Below are positions 29,411 through 38,083 of a stretch of DNA of 64,000 nucleotides, piece after piece. The position numbers were made by a program, and so were the translations under genes. Location of the stretch: contig JBJTCN010000076.1 in NCBI GenBank assembly GCA_046091905.1, positions 2,597-66,596 of the forward strand, read 5' to 3'. The stretch is from Candidatus Nanopelagicaceae bacterium (lineage in GTDB: Bacteria > Actinomycetota > Actinomycetes > Nanopelagicales > Nanopelagicaceae). Each line of letters opens with the position of its first letter. Positions within the stretch are counted from its first letter, which is position 1. The notes under the pieces were generated by a model. The model was not told the origin of the DNA, did not search any database, and saw nothing but the letters and a program-made list of their open reading frames with translations.

Positions 29411-30421
29411 TTACATTTTTCCAATCTGTGAATCCATGAATACCGCGGCTTCAAGACTGGCAGGATCTGACGCTTTTGCTTTAACTGATTCATTAACGGC
29501 CGCGATTATTTCATCAGTTGCTTGTTGTTGCACCGCATCCATCTCTTCCTGAGTTAAAAGGTTTTTCTCATGGAGTAGAGACATAAATTTTGCTATTGGT
29601 TCTTTAGTTTTCCACTCTTCAATTTCTTCTTTAGTGCGATAAAGATTTTTATCAGAACGAGAATGACCTTTCCAACGATAAGTCACACATTCAATTAATG
29701 TTGGGCCAGCACCGTTGCGGGCTGATTCAATAGCTCGTTCGGCTGCCTCGTAAACAGCAACTACGTCATTGCCATCAACTGTCACACCAGGAATTCCATA
29801 ACCAAGTCCGCGGTCTGCGAGATTTTCTAGCGCAAATGCTTTTTCAGTGGAATTAGACATTCCATATTTATTATTTTCACAGACAAAAACCACTGGTAAT
29901 TTCCAAATTGCGGCCATATTTGCAGCTTCATGAAAAGCACCTTCATTAAGAGCACCATCGCCGAAAAAAGAAACGGCGATTGTTTCTCTCTTCATCAATT
30001 TAGATGCAAGTGCCGCACCAGTTGCAATAGGAATTCCACCAGCCACAATTCCATTTGCGCCAAGATTGCCGGTTTCAACATCAGCAATATGCATAGAACC
30101 GCCGCGACCGCCGCAATAACCAATTTCTTTTCCTAGGAGCTCTGCAATCATGCGAGTGAGATCAGCACCTTTTGCGATGCAATGTCCGTGGCCGCGATGT
30201 GTTGAAGTAATTTGATCAGTAAGCTTAAGAGCCATACAGACTCCGGTAGGAGAGGCTTCTTGGCCAATTGATAAATGCATGGTTCCGTGCATCATTCCTC
30301 GACCAAACAAATCTTCAACAGCTTCTTCGAATTTTCGAATCTTCCACATGTAAAGAAGTGCATGTGATGCGTGCGCTTTAGAAGAGAGCGGGTGGCCAAT
30401 TAGTAAATTTTTTGTCGCCAT
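29411..30421 (-). CDS. acoA: TPP-dependent E1 alpha subunit, acetoin-dehydrogenase (AcoA) type
   Basis: HLSIGQEA, STHRGHGHCIAKG and GDGALNEGAFHEAANMAAIWKLPVVFVCENNKYGMS (TPP motif). The THRGHGHCIAKG block is characteristic of the AcoA clade, in my recollection. Confidence 0.75.
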   Translation of the reverse strand: MATKNLLIGHPLSSKAHASHALLYMWKIRKFEEAVEDLFGRGMMHGTMHLSIGQEASPTGVCMALKLTDQITSTHRGHGHCIAKGADLTRMIAELLGKEIGYCGGRGGSMHIADVETGNLGANGIVAGGIPIATGAALASKLMKRETIAVSFFGDGALNEGAFHEAANMAAIWKLPVVFVCENNKYGMSNSTEKAFALENLADRGLGYGIPGVTVDGNDVVAVYEAAERAIESARNGAGPTLIECVTYRWKGHSRSDKNLYRTKEEIEEWKTKEPIAKFMSLLHEKNLLTQEEMDAVQQQATDEIIAAVNESVKAKASDPASLEAAVFMDSQIGKM

Positions 30422-30432
30422 TAATCTACTTT

Positions 30433-30464
30433 CACATATGTGCAGATCGCTGAACAGATGTTCA
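30433..30464. promoter_or_regulatory. Two palindromes in the 78-nt divergent region between the E1 alpha gene and ptsH
   Basis: CACATATGTG (30433-30442) and TGAACA-GA-TGTTCA (30451-30464). Confidence 0.35.
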
Positions 30465-30499
30465 TATTTAACAGGAGAAGATTCAATTACGCTAGCCCA

Positions 30500-30778
30500 A
30501 TGAAGGAATTTCTCACAAAAGTAGGTTCTCCAGTGGGGCTACACGCCCGCCCAGCATCGCTATTTGCAAAGGCTGCTAAGGAATCTGGATGCAAAGTTTC
30601 ACTTGCCAAGATCTCTGAAGATGGCAGTGAATCTCCTTTTGTCGATGGTGTATCGTTATTAAAAATTATGGCGCTTGGAATTAAATGCGGCGAATCAATC
30701 AAAGTGCAAGTCGAAGGCGATAATGAAGAAACCGCAGCTGCGGCACTGCAAGCAATTGTTGAAAGCTCCGATCACTAA
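30500..30778 (+). CDS. ptsH: Phosphocarrier protein HPr
   Basis: Starting at the ATG at 30500 places GLHARPA with the His at residue 15. 92 aa. The longer GTG-initiated ORF from 30440 is not supported. Confidence 0.85.
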   Translation: MKEFLTKVGSPVGLHARPASLFAKAAKESGCKVSLAKISEDGSESPFVDGVSLLKIMALGIKCGESIKVQVEGDNEETAAAALQAIVESSDH

Positions 30779-30785
30779 CTTCTAT

Positions 30786-31274
30786 ATGTCTATAAATAAT
30801 CTACGAACCGGTGTCGGTGTTGATGCGCATAAGTTTGTGCAATCGGCATCTGATGGACCATGCCATTTGGCAGGTTTGGAGTGGACAGAAAGTAATCGTT
30901 TGGAAGGCCATTCAGATGGCGATGCCGCAGTGCACGCGCTATGCGATGCCGTCTTAGCAGCCGCCGGTTTAGGAGATGTGGGACAAGTATTTGGAATTGA
31001 TAAACCAGAATGGAAGGGCGCAAGTGGCACAAAGATGATTGAACATCTGCGCACTTTGATTTCGGAAAAGGGAATTGAAATCAATAATGTTTCGATTCAA
31101 ATTGTAGGAAATACACCAAAGATTGCTAAACGCCGCGATGAAGCCCAGCAAGTCTTATCAAAAGCACTTGGCGCACCTGTCACAATTGGCGCTACTACTA
31201 CTGACACAATGGGATTTACTGGACGCGGCGAAGGGGTATTCGTGATTGCAAATGCTTTGGTGCGTCTGCCATGA
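30786..31274 (+). CDS. ispF: 2-C-methyl-D-erythritol 2,4-cyclodiphosphate synthase IspF
   Basis: GVGVDAHKF...GHSDGDAAVHAL...TTTDTMGFTGRGEG. The ATG at 30786 gives the normal ~160 aa length. Confidence 0.9.
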   Translation: MSINNLRTGVGVDAHKFVQSASDGPCHLAGLEWTESNRLEGHSDGDAAVHALCDAVLAAAGLGDVGQVFGIDKPEWKGASGTKMIEHLRTLISEKGIEINNVSIQIVGNTPKIAKRRDEAQQVLSKALGAPVTIGATTTDTMGFTGRGEGVFVIANALVRLP

Positions 31275-32644
31275 AGCTCTACAACACTCGTACTCGCGAG
31301 ACTTCTGAATTTAAACCGCTAGTTGCCGGCAAAGCAGGCATCTATGTCTGCGGTGCAACGGTGCAATCATTTCCGCATATTGGACATGTTCGAAGTGGAA
31401 TTAATTTCGATATTTTGCGCCGTTGGTTAACTGCCAACGGCTACGACGTCACCTTTATTCGTAATGTGACTGATATCGATGACAAAATTCTTGAGAAATC
31501 AAAGGCTGAAAATATGCCTTGGTGGGCTTTAGCTTTTAAGTACGAACAAGAATTTCAAAAAGCATATGCGCTATTAAACGTATTACCACCAACTTATGAG
31601 CCACGCGCTACTGGTCACATCACACAAATGATTGAATTAATGGAGAAATTGATTGCTAATGGCGCGGCATACGCACCAGGTAATGGCGATGTGTATTTAG
31701 AAGTTCGTAAATTAAATTCTTATTTAACGCTTTCACGCCAGAAGTTAGATGATCTGCTGCCTGCCGCAGATGCAGATGAAAGTGCCAAGCGCGATGTCCG
31801 CGATTTCGCGCTATGGAAAGCAGCTAAAGCTGGCGAACCATCATGGCCAACTCCTTGGGGCGCAGGTCGCCCAGGTTGGCATTTGGAGTGCTCTGCCATG
31901 GCACACTCTTATTTAGGTGAAGCTTTTGATATTCACGGCGGTGGCTTAGATTTAATTTTCCCGCACCACGAAAACGAGATTGCACAATCAGAAGCGGCTG
32001 GTTATAAGTTTGCCAATATTTGGATGCACAATGCTTGGGTTACGCAATCTGGCGAAAAAATGTCTAAATCACTTGGTAACACCATGCAAGTGAAGGAATT
32101 TGTAAAGCAAGTTCGCGGAATTGAGTTACGTTTCTATTTAGGAAGCGCGCATTACCGTTCTATGTTGGAATTTTCACCAGCAGCGCTACAAGAAGCGGCC
32201 ACTAATTTCCAACGTATTGAGAACTTCCTTATCCGCGCCAAAGAACTTGTTGGCAATGTTGAAGGAGTTATCAGTGCGCCAGTTAAAGCGGCATTTGATG
32301 ATGATTTAGCAGTACCGCAAGTACTGGCACAGATTTCAGATGCCCTTCGTCGCGGAAATAGTGCAATTACTGAAAATTCTAAAGATGCAGTTAAAGCAGC
32401 GGCGGCAGAAATTCGCGGTGCGTTAAGTATTTTAGGTTGCGATCCATTTGATGCTGCTTTTGGTTCAGTTGGCGCTGTTTTAAGCGATGCATTAGATGGT
32501 GTAATTCAATTAGCGTTAGCGCAACGTGCAGCCGCACGCGAACGTAAAGATTTTGCTAGCTCTGATGCCATTCGTGATGGACTTGCTGCGCTAGGAATTG
32601 CAATTGAGGATACGCCTCAAGGACCACGTTGGAGTATTAAATAA
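31271..32644 (+). CDS. cysS: Cysteine--tRNA ligase
   Basis: HIGH-type motif (FPHIGHVRSG) and KMSKS. Confidence 0.95.
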   Translation: MKLYNTRTRETSEFKPLVAGKAGIYVCGATVQSFPHIGHVRSGINFDILRRWLTANGYDVTFIRNVTDIDDKILEKSKAENMPWWALAFKYEQEFQKAYALLNVLPPTYEPRATGHITQMIELMEKLIANGAAYAPGNGDVYLEVRKLNSYLTLSRQKLDDLLPAADADESAKRDVRDFALWKAAKAGEPSWPTPWGAGRPGWHLECSAMAHSYLGEAFDIHGGGLDLIFPHHENEIAQSEAAGYKFANIWMHNAWVTQSGEKMSKSLGNTMQVKEFVKQVRGIELRFYLGSAHYRSMLEFSPAALQEAATNFQRIENFLIRAKELVGNVEGVISAPVKAAFDDDLAVPQVLAQISDALRRGNSAITENSKDAVKAAAAEIRGALSILGCDPFDAAFGSVGAVLSDALDGVIQLALAQRAAARERKDFASSDAIRDGLAALGIAIEDTPQGPRWSIK

Positions 32645-33604
32645 ATGGCTGGTAATTCATCGCGTCGCGGAGCTGTGCGCAAAGGCAAGAAGGGTCCTTC
32701 CAAAGGTACTGGCGGAAACAATAAGAAACGTTTAGCTGGCAAAGGCCCAACTCCAAAAGCAGAGGATCGTCCGTATCACGCCGCCGCAAAACGAAAAACT
32801 ACGCGTGGTGCAGCAAAGCATGCGCGCAGTGCAGCAAAGCCTGCGCGTTCTGAAAAGCGTAGCAATTTCTCATTCCATGGCGAAATGGTCGCTGGGCGAA
32901 ATGCTGTTTTAGAAGCGTTACGCGCGGATGTGCCATCGACAGAATTAATCGTGGCTCGTTCAATTGATATCGATGATCGCATTGAAGAATCTCTAATACT
33001 TGCACTTAAGAAAACGCTACCAATTCGCGAAGTACATCGTGCAGATGTAGAGAAAATTTCCATGAATTCACAAGGTATCGCGCTATCAATCAAGCCATAC
33101 CAATACTCATCACTTGATGAAATTCTGCTTCGCGCATCGCAACCCGGTTTAATCGTGGCACTTGATGGCGTAACCGATCCACGTAACTTAGGTGCCATCA
33201 TTCGATCTGCCGCTGCATTTGGCGTCGATGGCGTAATCATTCCGGAACGTCGCTCAGCTGCGATGACCGCTGCAGCATGGAAAACCTCCGCTGGCGCAGC
33301 GGCACGTATGCAAGTCGCGCAAGTTACCAATTTAAATCGCGCAATCGAAGAGGTGCAGGAGCGTGGTTATTTTGTAGTTGGTTTAGATGGCGAATCAGAT
33401 GAGCTAATTGGCAATATGAAGGTAGCCACCGAACCAATCATGATCATTGTGGGCTCGGAAGGTAAGGGCCTTCATAAATTAACTCGTGAAAAGTGCGATC
33501 TCGTAGTAAAAATCCCAATGCGTTCGACTACTGAAAGTTTGAATGCAAGTGTTGCTACATCTATCGCGCTCTATGCGGTGGATGAGGCGCGCAGCAATGG
33601 CTGA
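32645..33604 (+). CDS. rlmB: TrmH/SpoU-family 23S rRNA 2'-O-methyltransferase (RlmB-like)
   Basis: Basic N-terminal tail plus a SpoU domain (GVTDPRNLGAIIRSA, IVGSEGKG, ESLNASVA). Conserved position after cysS. Confidence 0.85.
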   Translation: MAGNSSRRGAVRKGKKGPSKGTGGNNKKRLAGKGPTPKAEDRPYHAAAKRKTTRGAAKHARSAAKPARSEKRSNFSFHGEMVAGRNAVLEALRADVPSTELIVARSIDIDDRIEESLILALKKTLPIREVHRADVEKISMNSQGIALSIKPYQYSSLDEILLRASQPGLIVALDGVTDPRNLGAIIRSAAAFGVDGVIIPERRSAAMTAAAWKTSAGAAARMQVAQVTNLNRAIEEVQERGYFVVGLDGESDELIGNMKVATEPIMIIVGSEGKGLHKLTREKCDLVVKIPMRSTTESLNASVATSIALYAVDEARSNG

Positions 33605-34418
33605 TTCAACCGAAAACTATAAATACTTTAAAAACTTTATTGTTTTAGGCGATTCCTTCTCTGAAGGCATGACCGATGTTGAAATTGATGGCAAATATCG
33701 AGGCTGGGCTGACCGCGTGGCTGATGTAATGGCCACACATGTAGATGGATTTAAATATGCCAATCTTGCCGTGCGCGGCAAGTTAATTCGCCAAGTCGTG
33801 GCAGATCAAGTACCAGCAGCTCTGCAATTAATTACCTCTGATACTTTGGTTTCATTTCACGCCGGCGCTAATGATGTAATTCGCCCAAAGTATTTTCCAG
33901 AAATTACGCTTCCAGAATACGCCAACGCAGTGCGCCAACTTGCCGCAGAACTGCAGAAATATGGCGCGCAGCTAATGTTATTTAGCGTGCAAGAAAGCGC
34001 CGCGGCAAATACTCGTACCGGTGTGATTTGGAATCAGCGATTTAAAGATTTCAATAAACAAGTTCGAGAGTTAGCCGTTGAAACTGGCGCGATTCTCAAT
34101 GAAGCAAATGATGGACGTTATCCAAATGATATTCGCTTTTTGGCATTTGATCGCCTACATTTAAATCCCGAAGGTCATCATCGCGTAGCGCAAGGTGCGT
34201 TAGAGAATCTGGGTTTACCTTTTGATGAAGGTTATAAAATTCCATTGCCACCTGCGCCAAAGGAAAATCTGGTTAAGAAAAAGATTATTAATGCACTTTG
34301 GATTGCAACATTTGTAATTCCTTGGTTGATTCGCAGATTACGTGGCAAATCATCAGGTGATGGCCGTCAACCTAAATATCCAACGCTTACTGCATGGCCG
34401 ATTTCAGATAATCGCTGA
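33597..34418 (+). CDS. SGNH/GDSL hydrolase
   Basis: FIVLGDSFSEG block I. The ATG at 33597 overlaps the rlmB stop. Confidence 0.75.
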   Translation: MADSTENYKYFKNFIVLGDSFSEGMTDVEIDGKYRGWADRVADVMATHVDGFKYANLAVRGKLIRQVVADQVPAALQLITSDTLVSFHAGANDVIRPKYFPEITLPEYANAVRQLAAELQKYGAQLMLFSVQESAAANTRTGVIWNQRFKDFNKQVRELAVETGAILNEANDGRYPNDIRFLAFDRLHLNPEGHHRVAQGALENLGLPFDEGYKIPLPPAPKENLVKKKIINALWIATFVIPWLIRRLRGKSSGDGRQPKYPTLTAWPISDNR

Positions 34419-34447
34419 TATTTGCCATAATTGCGCCCGCAACAATT

Positions 34448-34522
34448 GCCTCCCTAGCTCAGTGGTAGAGCATCCGCCTTGTAAGCGGAAGGTCGTCAGT
34501 TCAATCCTGACGGGGGGCTCCA
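34448..34522 (+). tRNA. tRNA-Thr (anticodon UGU), CCA encoded
   Basis: Hand-folded cloverleaf. Acceptor GCCTCCC/GGGGGGC (one G-U pair), D arm GCTC-AGTGGTA-GAGC, anticodon arm TCCGC-CTTGTAA-GCGGA, T arm GTCAG-TTCAATC-CTGAC. Confidence 0.9.
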
Positions 34523-34549
34523 GATTATTTAATCCGCTAAAATTCTCAA

Positions 34550-35197
34550 ATGCCCAATGACTTGAAGCGTGAAATAAAACGGAAACCGAATCGAGTAGTC
34601 GAAGATCGATTAGGTGCATATCAAATTCTTGATGAAGGATATGTTGCACACGTTGGCTTTGTAGATCCAGATAGCTCTGAAACCGTAGTAATTCCAGCAG
34701 GTTATGTGCGGGATAAAGATCGGATAATTCTTCACGGATCAACCGGTTCTAGATTTTTTATGGCCTTGAAAGATGGCGTCCAGGTTTGTGCAACAGTTAC
34801 TCTCCTGGATGGATTAGTTTCGGCGCGCTCTCCATTCAATTCTTCAATGAATTATCGATCAGTAATGATTTTTGGAAAGACTAAAGCGCTTGAAGGCGAA
34901 GAAAAAATCGCTGCCTTGAAAGAAGTATCCGAAAAATTGATTCTCGGACTCTGGGATGCTGGTCGAGAAATGACTGCCAAAGAATTTGCGCAAACAATGG
35001 CGTTAGAGCTCTCACTAGAAGATATGACTGCAAAGAAACGCGCAGCTGGCGCGTTAGATGTCGAGAATGCAGATCTACCGATTTGGGCCGGCCAGATACC
35101 TTTCGAAACAAAGTTTGGTCAGCCAATTCCAAATGAAGAGTGTGTAGATTTGCCATTACCTGATTACATTAAAAATTTAATCAAGCGTAAAGGTTAA
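34550..35197 (+). CDS. Pyridoxamine 5'-phosphate oxidase-family FMN-binding protein
   Basis: 215 aa. General similarity to the COG3467 / Pyridox_ox_2 pattern (GYVAHVGFVD...VIP). Confidence 0.55.
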   Translation: MPNDLKREIKRKPNRVVEDRLGAYQILDEGYVAHVGFVDPDSSETVVIPAGYVRDKDRIILHGSTGSRFFMALKDGVQVCATVTLLDGLVSARSPFNSSMNYRSVMIFGKTKALEGEEKIAALKEVSEKLILGLWDAGREMTAKEFAQTMALELSLEDMTAKKRAAGALDVENADLPIWAGQIPFETKFGQPIPNEECVDLPLPDYIKNLIKRKG

Positions 35198-35227
35198 ACA
35201 TATATTGAGTTGAGATTTGCGATTAGG

Positions 35228-36451
35228 CTATCCAATATCGATAATATGGCGATTTCCGCGATCATAAGTTAGATAGTTCCACATCCAATCTACTGTGGTG
35301 GCCAACTTATTGCGTCCACCTAATAGATAGAACAGGTGCAACCAAAGCCAGGCATACCAGGCAATTGCGCCACTTAATTTAAATTTCTTCACTTCAACAA
35401 CCGCTTTATGTTTTCCGATTGTGGCCATAGCGCCTTTGTCTACGTATGTAAAAGATTTTAACTTCTGCCCTTTGATTGCAAGCAATATTTGTCGACTGAT
35501 AAAACGACCTTGTTGCATTGCAACGGGTGCCACCATTGGAAGTAATTTGCCATCTTTGCCGTAGGTAGCTGCGATATCTCCAATCGCAAAAATCACAGGA
35601 TGCTCTTTAACCTGCAGAGTCTCCTCAACCGCAATGCGATTAAATTCAATTGGCAAAGAAAATTTATTAATAATTGGTTCACCCATTACGCCAGCTGCCC
35701 AAATAGTTATTTGAGAATCAAAAGCGCTACCATCTCTAAAATGAATTAAATTCTCTTCTAGCTTGGCTACGCTCGCATTGGTTAAGACGCCCACACCTAA
35801 TTTTTCAAGATCTTTCTTGGTTCGCTCTGATAGAGATGGGGCGAAACTTGGCAATAAACGGGGCCCAGCTTCAATGATTGAGACTTGAATTCTTTTAGCA
35901 GCATCAGGATTATCAGATTTCAGAGGGCCTCTTGCTAATTCTGCAATTGCACCTGCTAGCTCAACTCCAGTTGGTCCACCACCAATCACCGAAATGGATA
36001 ATCGAGTTTCATCGTCAAAGCGGCAGAGATCCTCAAATTTGCGCATGATGTTGGCACGGATAGTAAGTGCTTCAGTTACCGTTTTCATACCGAGTGCATG
36101 TTGAGCCACGCCTGAGATGCCGAAATCATTTGTAGCAGAGCCCAAAGCGATGATTAAGAAATCAAATGAGAGAGTTTCATTGGAATCTAATTGAACCGTT
36201 TTTTGATGGTAATTTATAGAAGTAGGCGAGCCCATCCGAAATTGAATAGACTTTTTTCGAAGTGCACCTCGGATTGGGTATGCCACATGATCTGCAGCTA
36301 ATCCGGCAGTTGATACTTGATAAAGAAGTGGTAAAAAAGTTTGAAAATTGTGTCGGTCTACTAAAGTAACATCAGCTACTTTTTCGAGTGATTTTGCCGC
36401 AGTCAATCCACCAAAGCCGGCACCAAGAATCACAACTTTGGGTTTCTTCAT
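35228..36451 (-). CDS. ndh: Type II NADH:quinone oxidoreductase (Ndh)
   Basis: VVILGAGFGGL and VIGGGPTGVELAG dinucleotide motifs. 407 aa. Confidence 0.8.
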   Translation of the reverse strand: MKKPKVVILGAGFGGLTAAKSLEKVADVTLVDRHNFQTFLPLLYQVSTAGLAADHVAYPIRGALRKKSIQFRMGSPTSINYHQKTVQLDSNETLSFDFLIIALGSATNDFGISGVAQHALGMKTVTEALTIRANIMRKFEDLCRFDDETRLSISVIGGGPTGVELAGAIAELARGPLKSDNPDAAKRIQVSIIEAGPRLLPSFAPSLSERTKKDLEKLGVGVLTNASVAKLEENLIHFRDGSAFDSQITIWAAGVMGEPIINKFSLPIEFNRIAVEETLQVKEHPVIFAIGDIAATYGKDGKLLPMVAPVAMQQGRFISRQILLAIKGQKLKSFTYVDKGAMATIGKHKAVVEVKKFKLSGAIAWYAWLWLHLFYLLGGRNKLATTVDWMWNYLTYDRGNRHIIDIG

Positions 36452-36507
36452 TAAGCAATAGTACTTCTAACCCTGGGCTCGTTTTGAATTTGAATTCATG
36501 TCGTTAA

Positions 36508-36873
36508 TTATGAGCTCTGCTTAATTATCCAGTGCAAAATTCTCACTAATAAACCATTGCGATGTGTCGCCACATAGCGATAGCCAAATGCGCCAATAGG
36601 GCCCAATAAACGCAAAATTAAGGCTAGGAATTTATGGCCAGATTGGTTAAGTAAGAACGCAACGGCTTTAGCAGCGAAGTAAGTGCGATCTGCTATTACT
36701 ACTACTGACTTTTCACATTGCGCTTTGGTTACGCCATATTCATCTGGGTCAATACTTTGGTTAGAGAGTGCGTTAATTTCAACTCGCGCCTTTACCCACT
36801 CAACACAAGAGATGCAGAAGTCACATTCACCGTCATAAATCACGGTAGTAGCCATGGCGTAATCATCTACCAA
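36508..36873 (-). CDS. DCC-family thiol-disulfide oxidoreductase (DUF393)
   Basis: VIYDGECDFCISCVEW motif. The start may be the internal ATG at 36855. Confidence 0.7.
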   Translation of the reverse strand: MVDDYAMATTVIYDGECDFCISCVEWVKARVEINALSNQSIDPDEYGVTKAQCEKSVVVIADRTYFAAKAVAFLLNQSGHKFLALILRLLGPIGAFGYRYVATHRNGLLVRILHWIIKQSS

Positions 36874-36910
36874 ATCTTCCCAATCTCATATTTCCTGATT
36901 AGATAGCGCA

Positions 36911-37612
36911 ATGGCATTGGCATTCGTAACTGGTGGTTCGCGCGGCTTAGGCTTCGAAACTGCAAGGGCGCTAAAAGCAGCTGGCAATGAAGTGGTGCTA
37001 TTTGCGCGCAATACTGAAAAGTTGTACCAAGCAGGCAAAGAATTAAATTCGCCAATTGAATTTGTTGAGTTGTCAGATATCGTTGCCACGCGTGAAGTAT
37101 TTAAAACCGCGGTAGAAAAATATGGTGTGCCAGATATTTTGATGCTGGCTCAGGGCGTGATGTCTGATCGCTTAGCAAAAACATTAAAAACCAATGATGA
37201 AGAGTGGCGCCGGGTAATGACTATCAATTTAGATTCAGTCTTCACAATTGTTAATGAAGTTGGCGCGAAGATGGCCGAAGCCAGAAAGGGCAGAGTGATT
37301 GTTTACTCTGCTTGTTTAGGCAGAATGTCCGGCCCCGGAAATGCTGGTGGTTTAGCGCCATATCGAATTTCCAAAGCCGGAGTAAATGCTTTGGTAAGAA
37401 ATTTGGCGCATGAAACTGGACATGGATCACGAGGATTTTGGATTGATGCAATCTGCCCAAATCATTCGCGTACCGATATGGGCGGCGATAACGCGCCACG
37501 CTCAGCCCAAGAAGGTGCGGCAACTGCAGTTTGGCTTGCCACCCGAGAATTAATTCCGGGCGTTACCCAAACCGGATTACTTTGGGAAGATAACGAAGTT
37601 ATTGATTGGTGA
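36911..37612 (+). CDS. Short-chain dehydrogenase/reductase
   Basis: TGGSRGLG cofactor motif and YRISK catalytic motif. Confidence 0.8.
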   Translation: MALAFVTGGSRGLGFETARALKAAGNEVVLFARNTEKLYQAGKELNSPIEFVELSDIVATREVFKTAVEKYGVPDILMLAQGVMSDRLAKTLKTNDEEWRRVMTINLDSVFTIVNEVGAKMAEARKGRVIVYSACLGRMSGPGNAGGLAPYRISKAGVNALVRNLAHETGHGSRGFWIDAICPNHSRTDMGGDNAPRSAQEGAATAVWLATRELIPGVTQTGLLWEDNEVIDW

Positions 37613-37614
37613 TT

Positions 37615-38082
37615 TTAATTTCTCGCCGCGTAGCTAAATGAGAGCGCGGCCGCGGTAATAACCCAAATTTGATATGGCGAAAAAAGCAAACCATAAATAA
37701 TTGAAGATTTATAAGTTAAAAAGGTAAGCGGTAAAGTCAAAATTGCGGTCAAAATTAAGCTTGTTGCGGCGATTTGTAAATTATGAGGTACATAAAATTG
37801 ATAATCCCAATTAAGTGCAAAAGTTACGCTGAGTGCAAAGATGGTTAACCAAGCAATTGCAGTATTTCTACTTTGGTTATGCACAATGTGTACAGCGGTA
37901 AAACCAATAACTAAGAAGTTATAGGGCCAGATCAGGCCAAAAATGAAATCTGGTGGCTGCCAACTTGGTCGATTTAGAGAGGTATACCAACCAGGTGAAG
38001 TGTTCACCCAGATTCCAGATCCGCCAGCGTAAACAAGTACCAAAATGATTCCAAGTGCAGAGGCGATAGTTTTAAAATCCAC
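37615..38082 (-). CDS. tspO: TspO/MBR tryptophan-rich sensory protein
   Basis: LNRPSWQPPDFIFGLIWPYNF. Five TM segments, 155 aa. Confidence 0.8.
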   Translation of the reverse strand: MDFKTIASALGIILVLVYAGGSGIWVNTSPGWYTSLNRPSWQPPDFIFGLIWPYNFLVIGFTAVHIVHNQSRNTAIAWLTIFALSVTFALNWDYQFYVPHNLQIAATSLILTAILTLPLTFLTYKSSIIYGLLFSPYQIWVITAAALSFSYAARN

Positions 38083-38083
38083 T

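Noticed and set aside
27381-30421. Reading the E1 alpha / E1 beta / E2 genes as the housekeeping pyruvate dehydrogenase complex.
   Set aside because: The E1 alpha has the AcoA-type THRGHGHCIAKG block. The E2 core lacks the catalytic His and Ser motifs. No E3 gene is adjacent. The genes sit in an accessory-looking block. Plain acetoin catabolism remains the main alternative to the DXP hypothesis and is listed there as a refutation route.
32776-33330. 184-aa ORF antisense to rlmB. Similar long antisense ORFs occur at 28590-29102, 54046-54453, 7273-7659 and 27565-27951.
   Set aside because: Each lies wholly inside a well-supported gene on the other strand. Their compositions are skewed (Ser/Ala/Arg/Pro-rich) with no recognisable motifs. 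They are typical shadow ORFs.
34342-34742. ORFs on both strands overlapping tRNA-Thr.
   Set aside because: They run through a clean tRNA cloverleaf, so they are artefacts of ORF calling.
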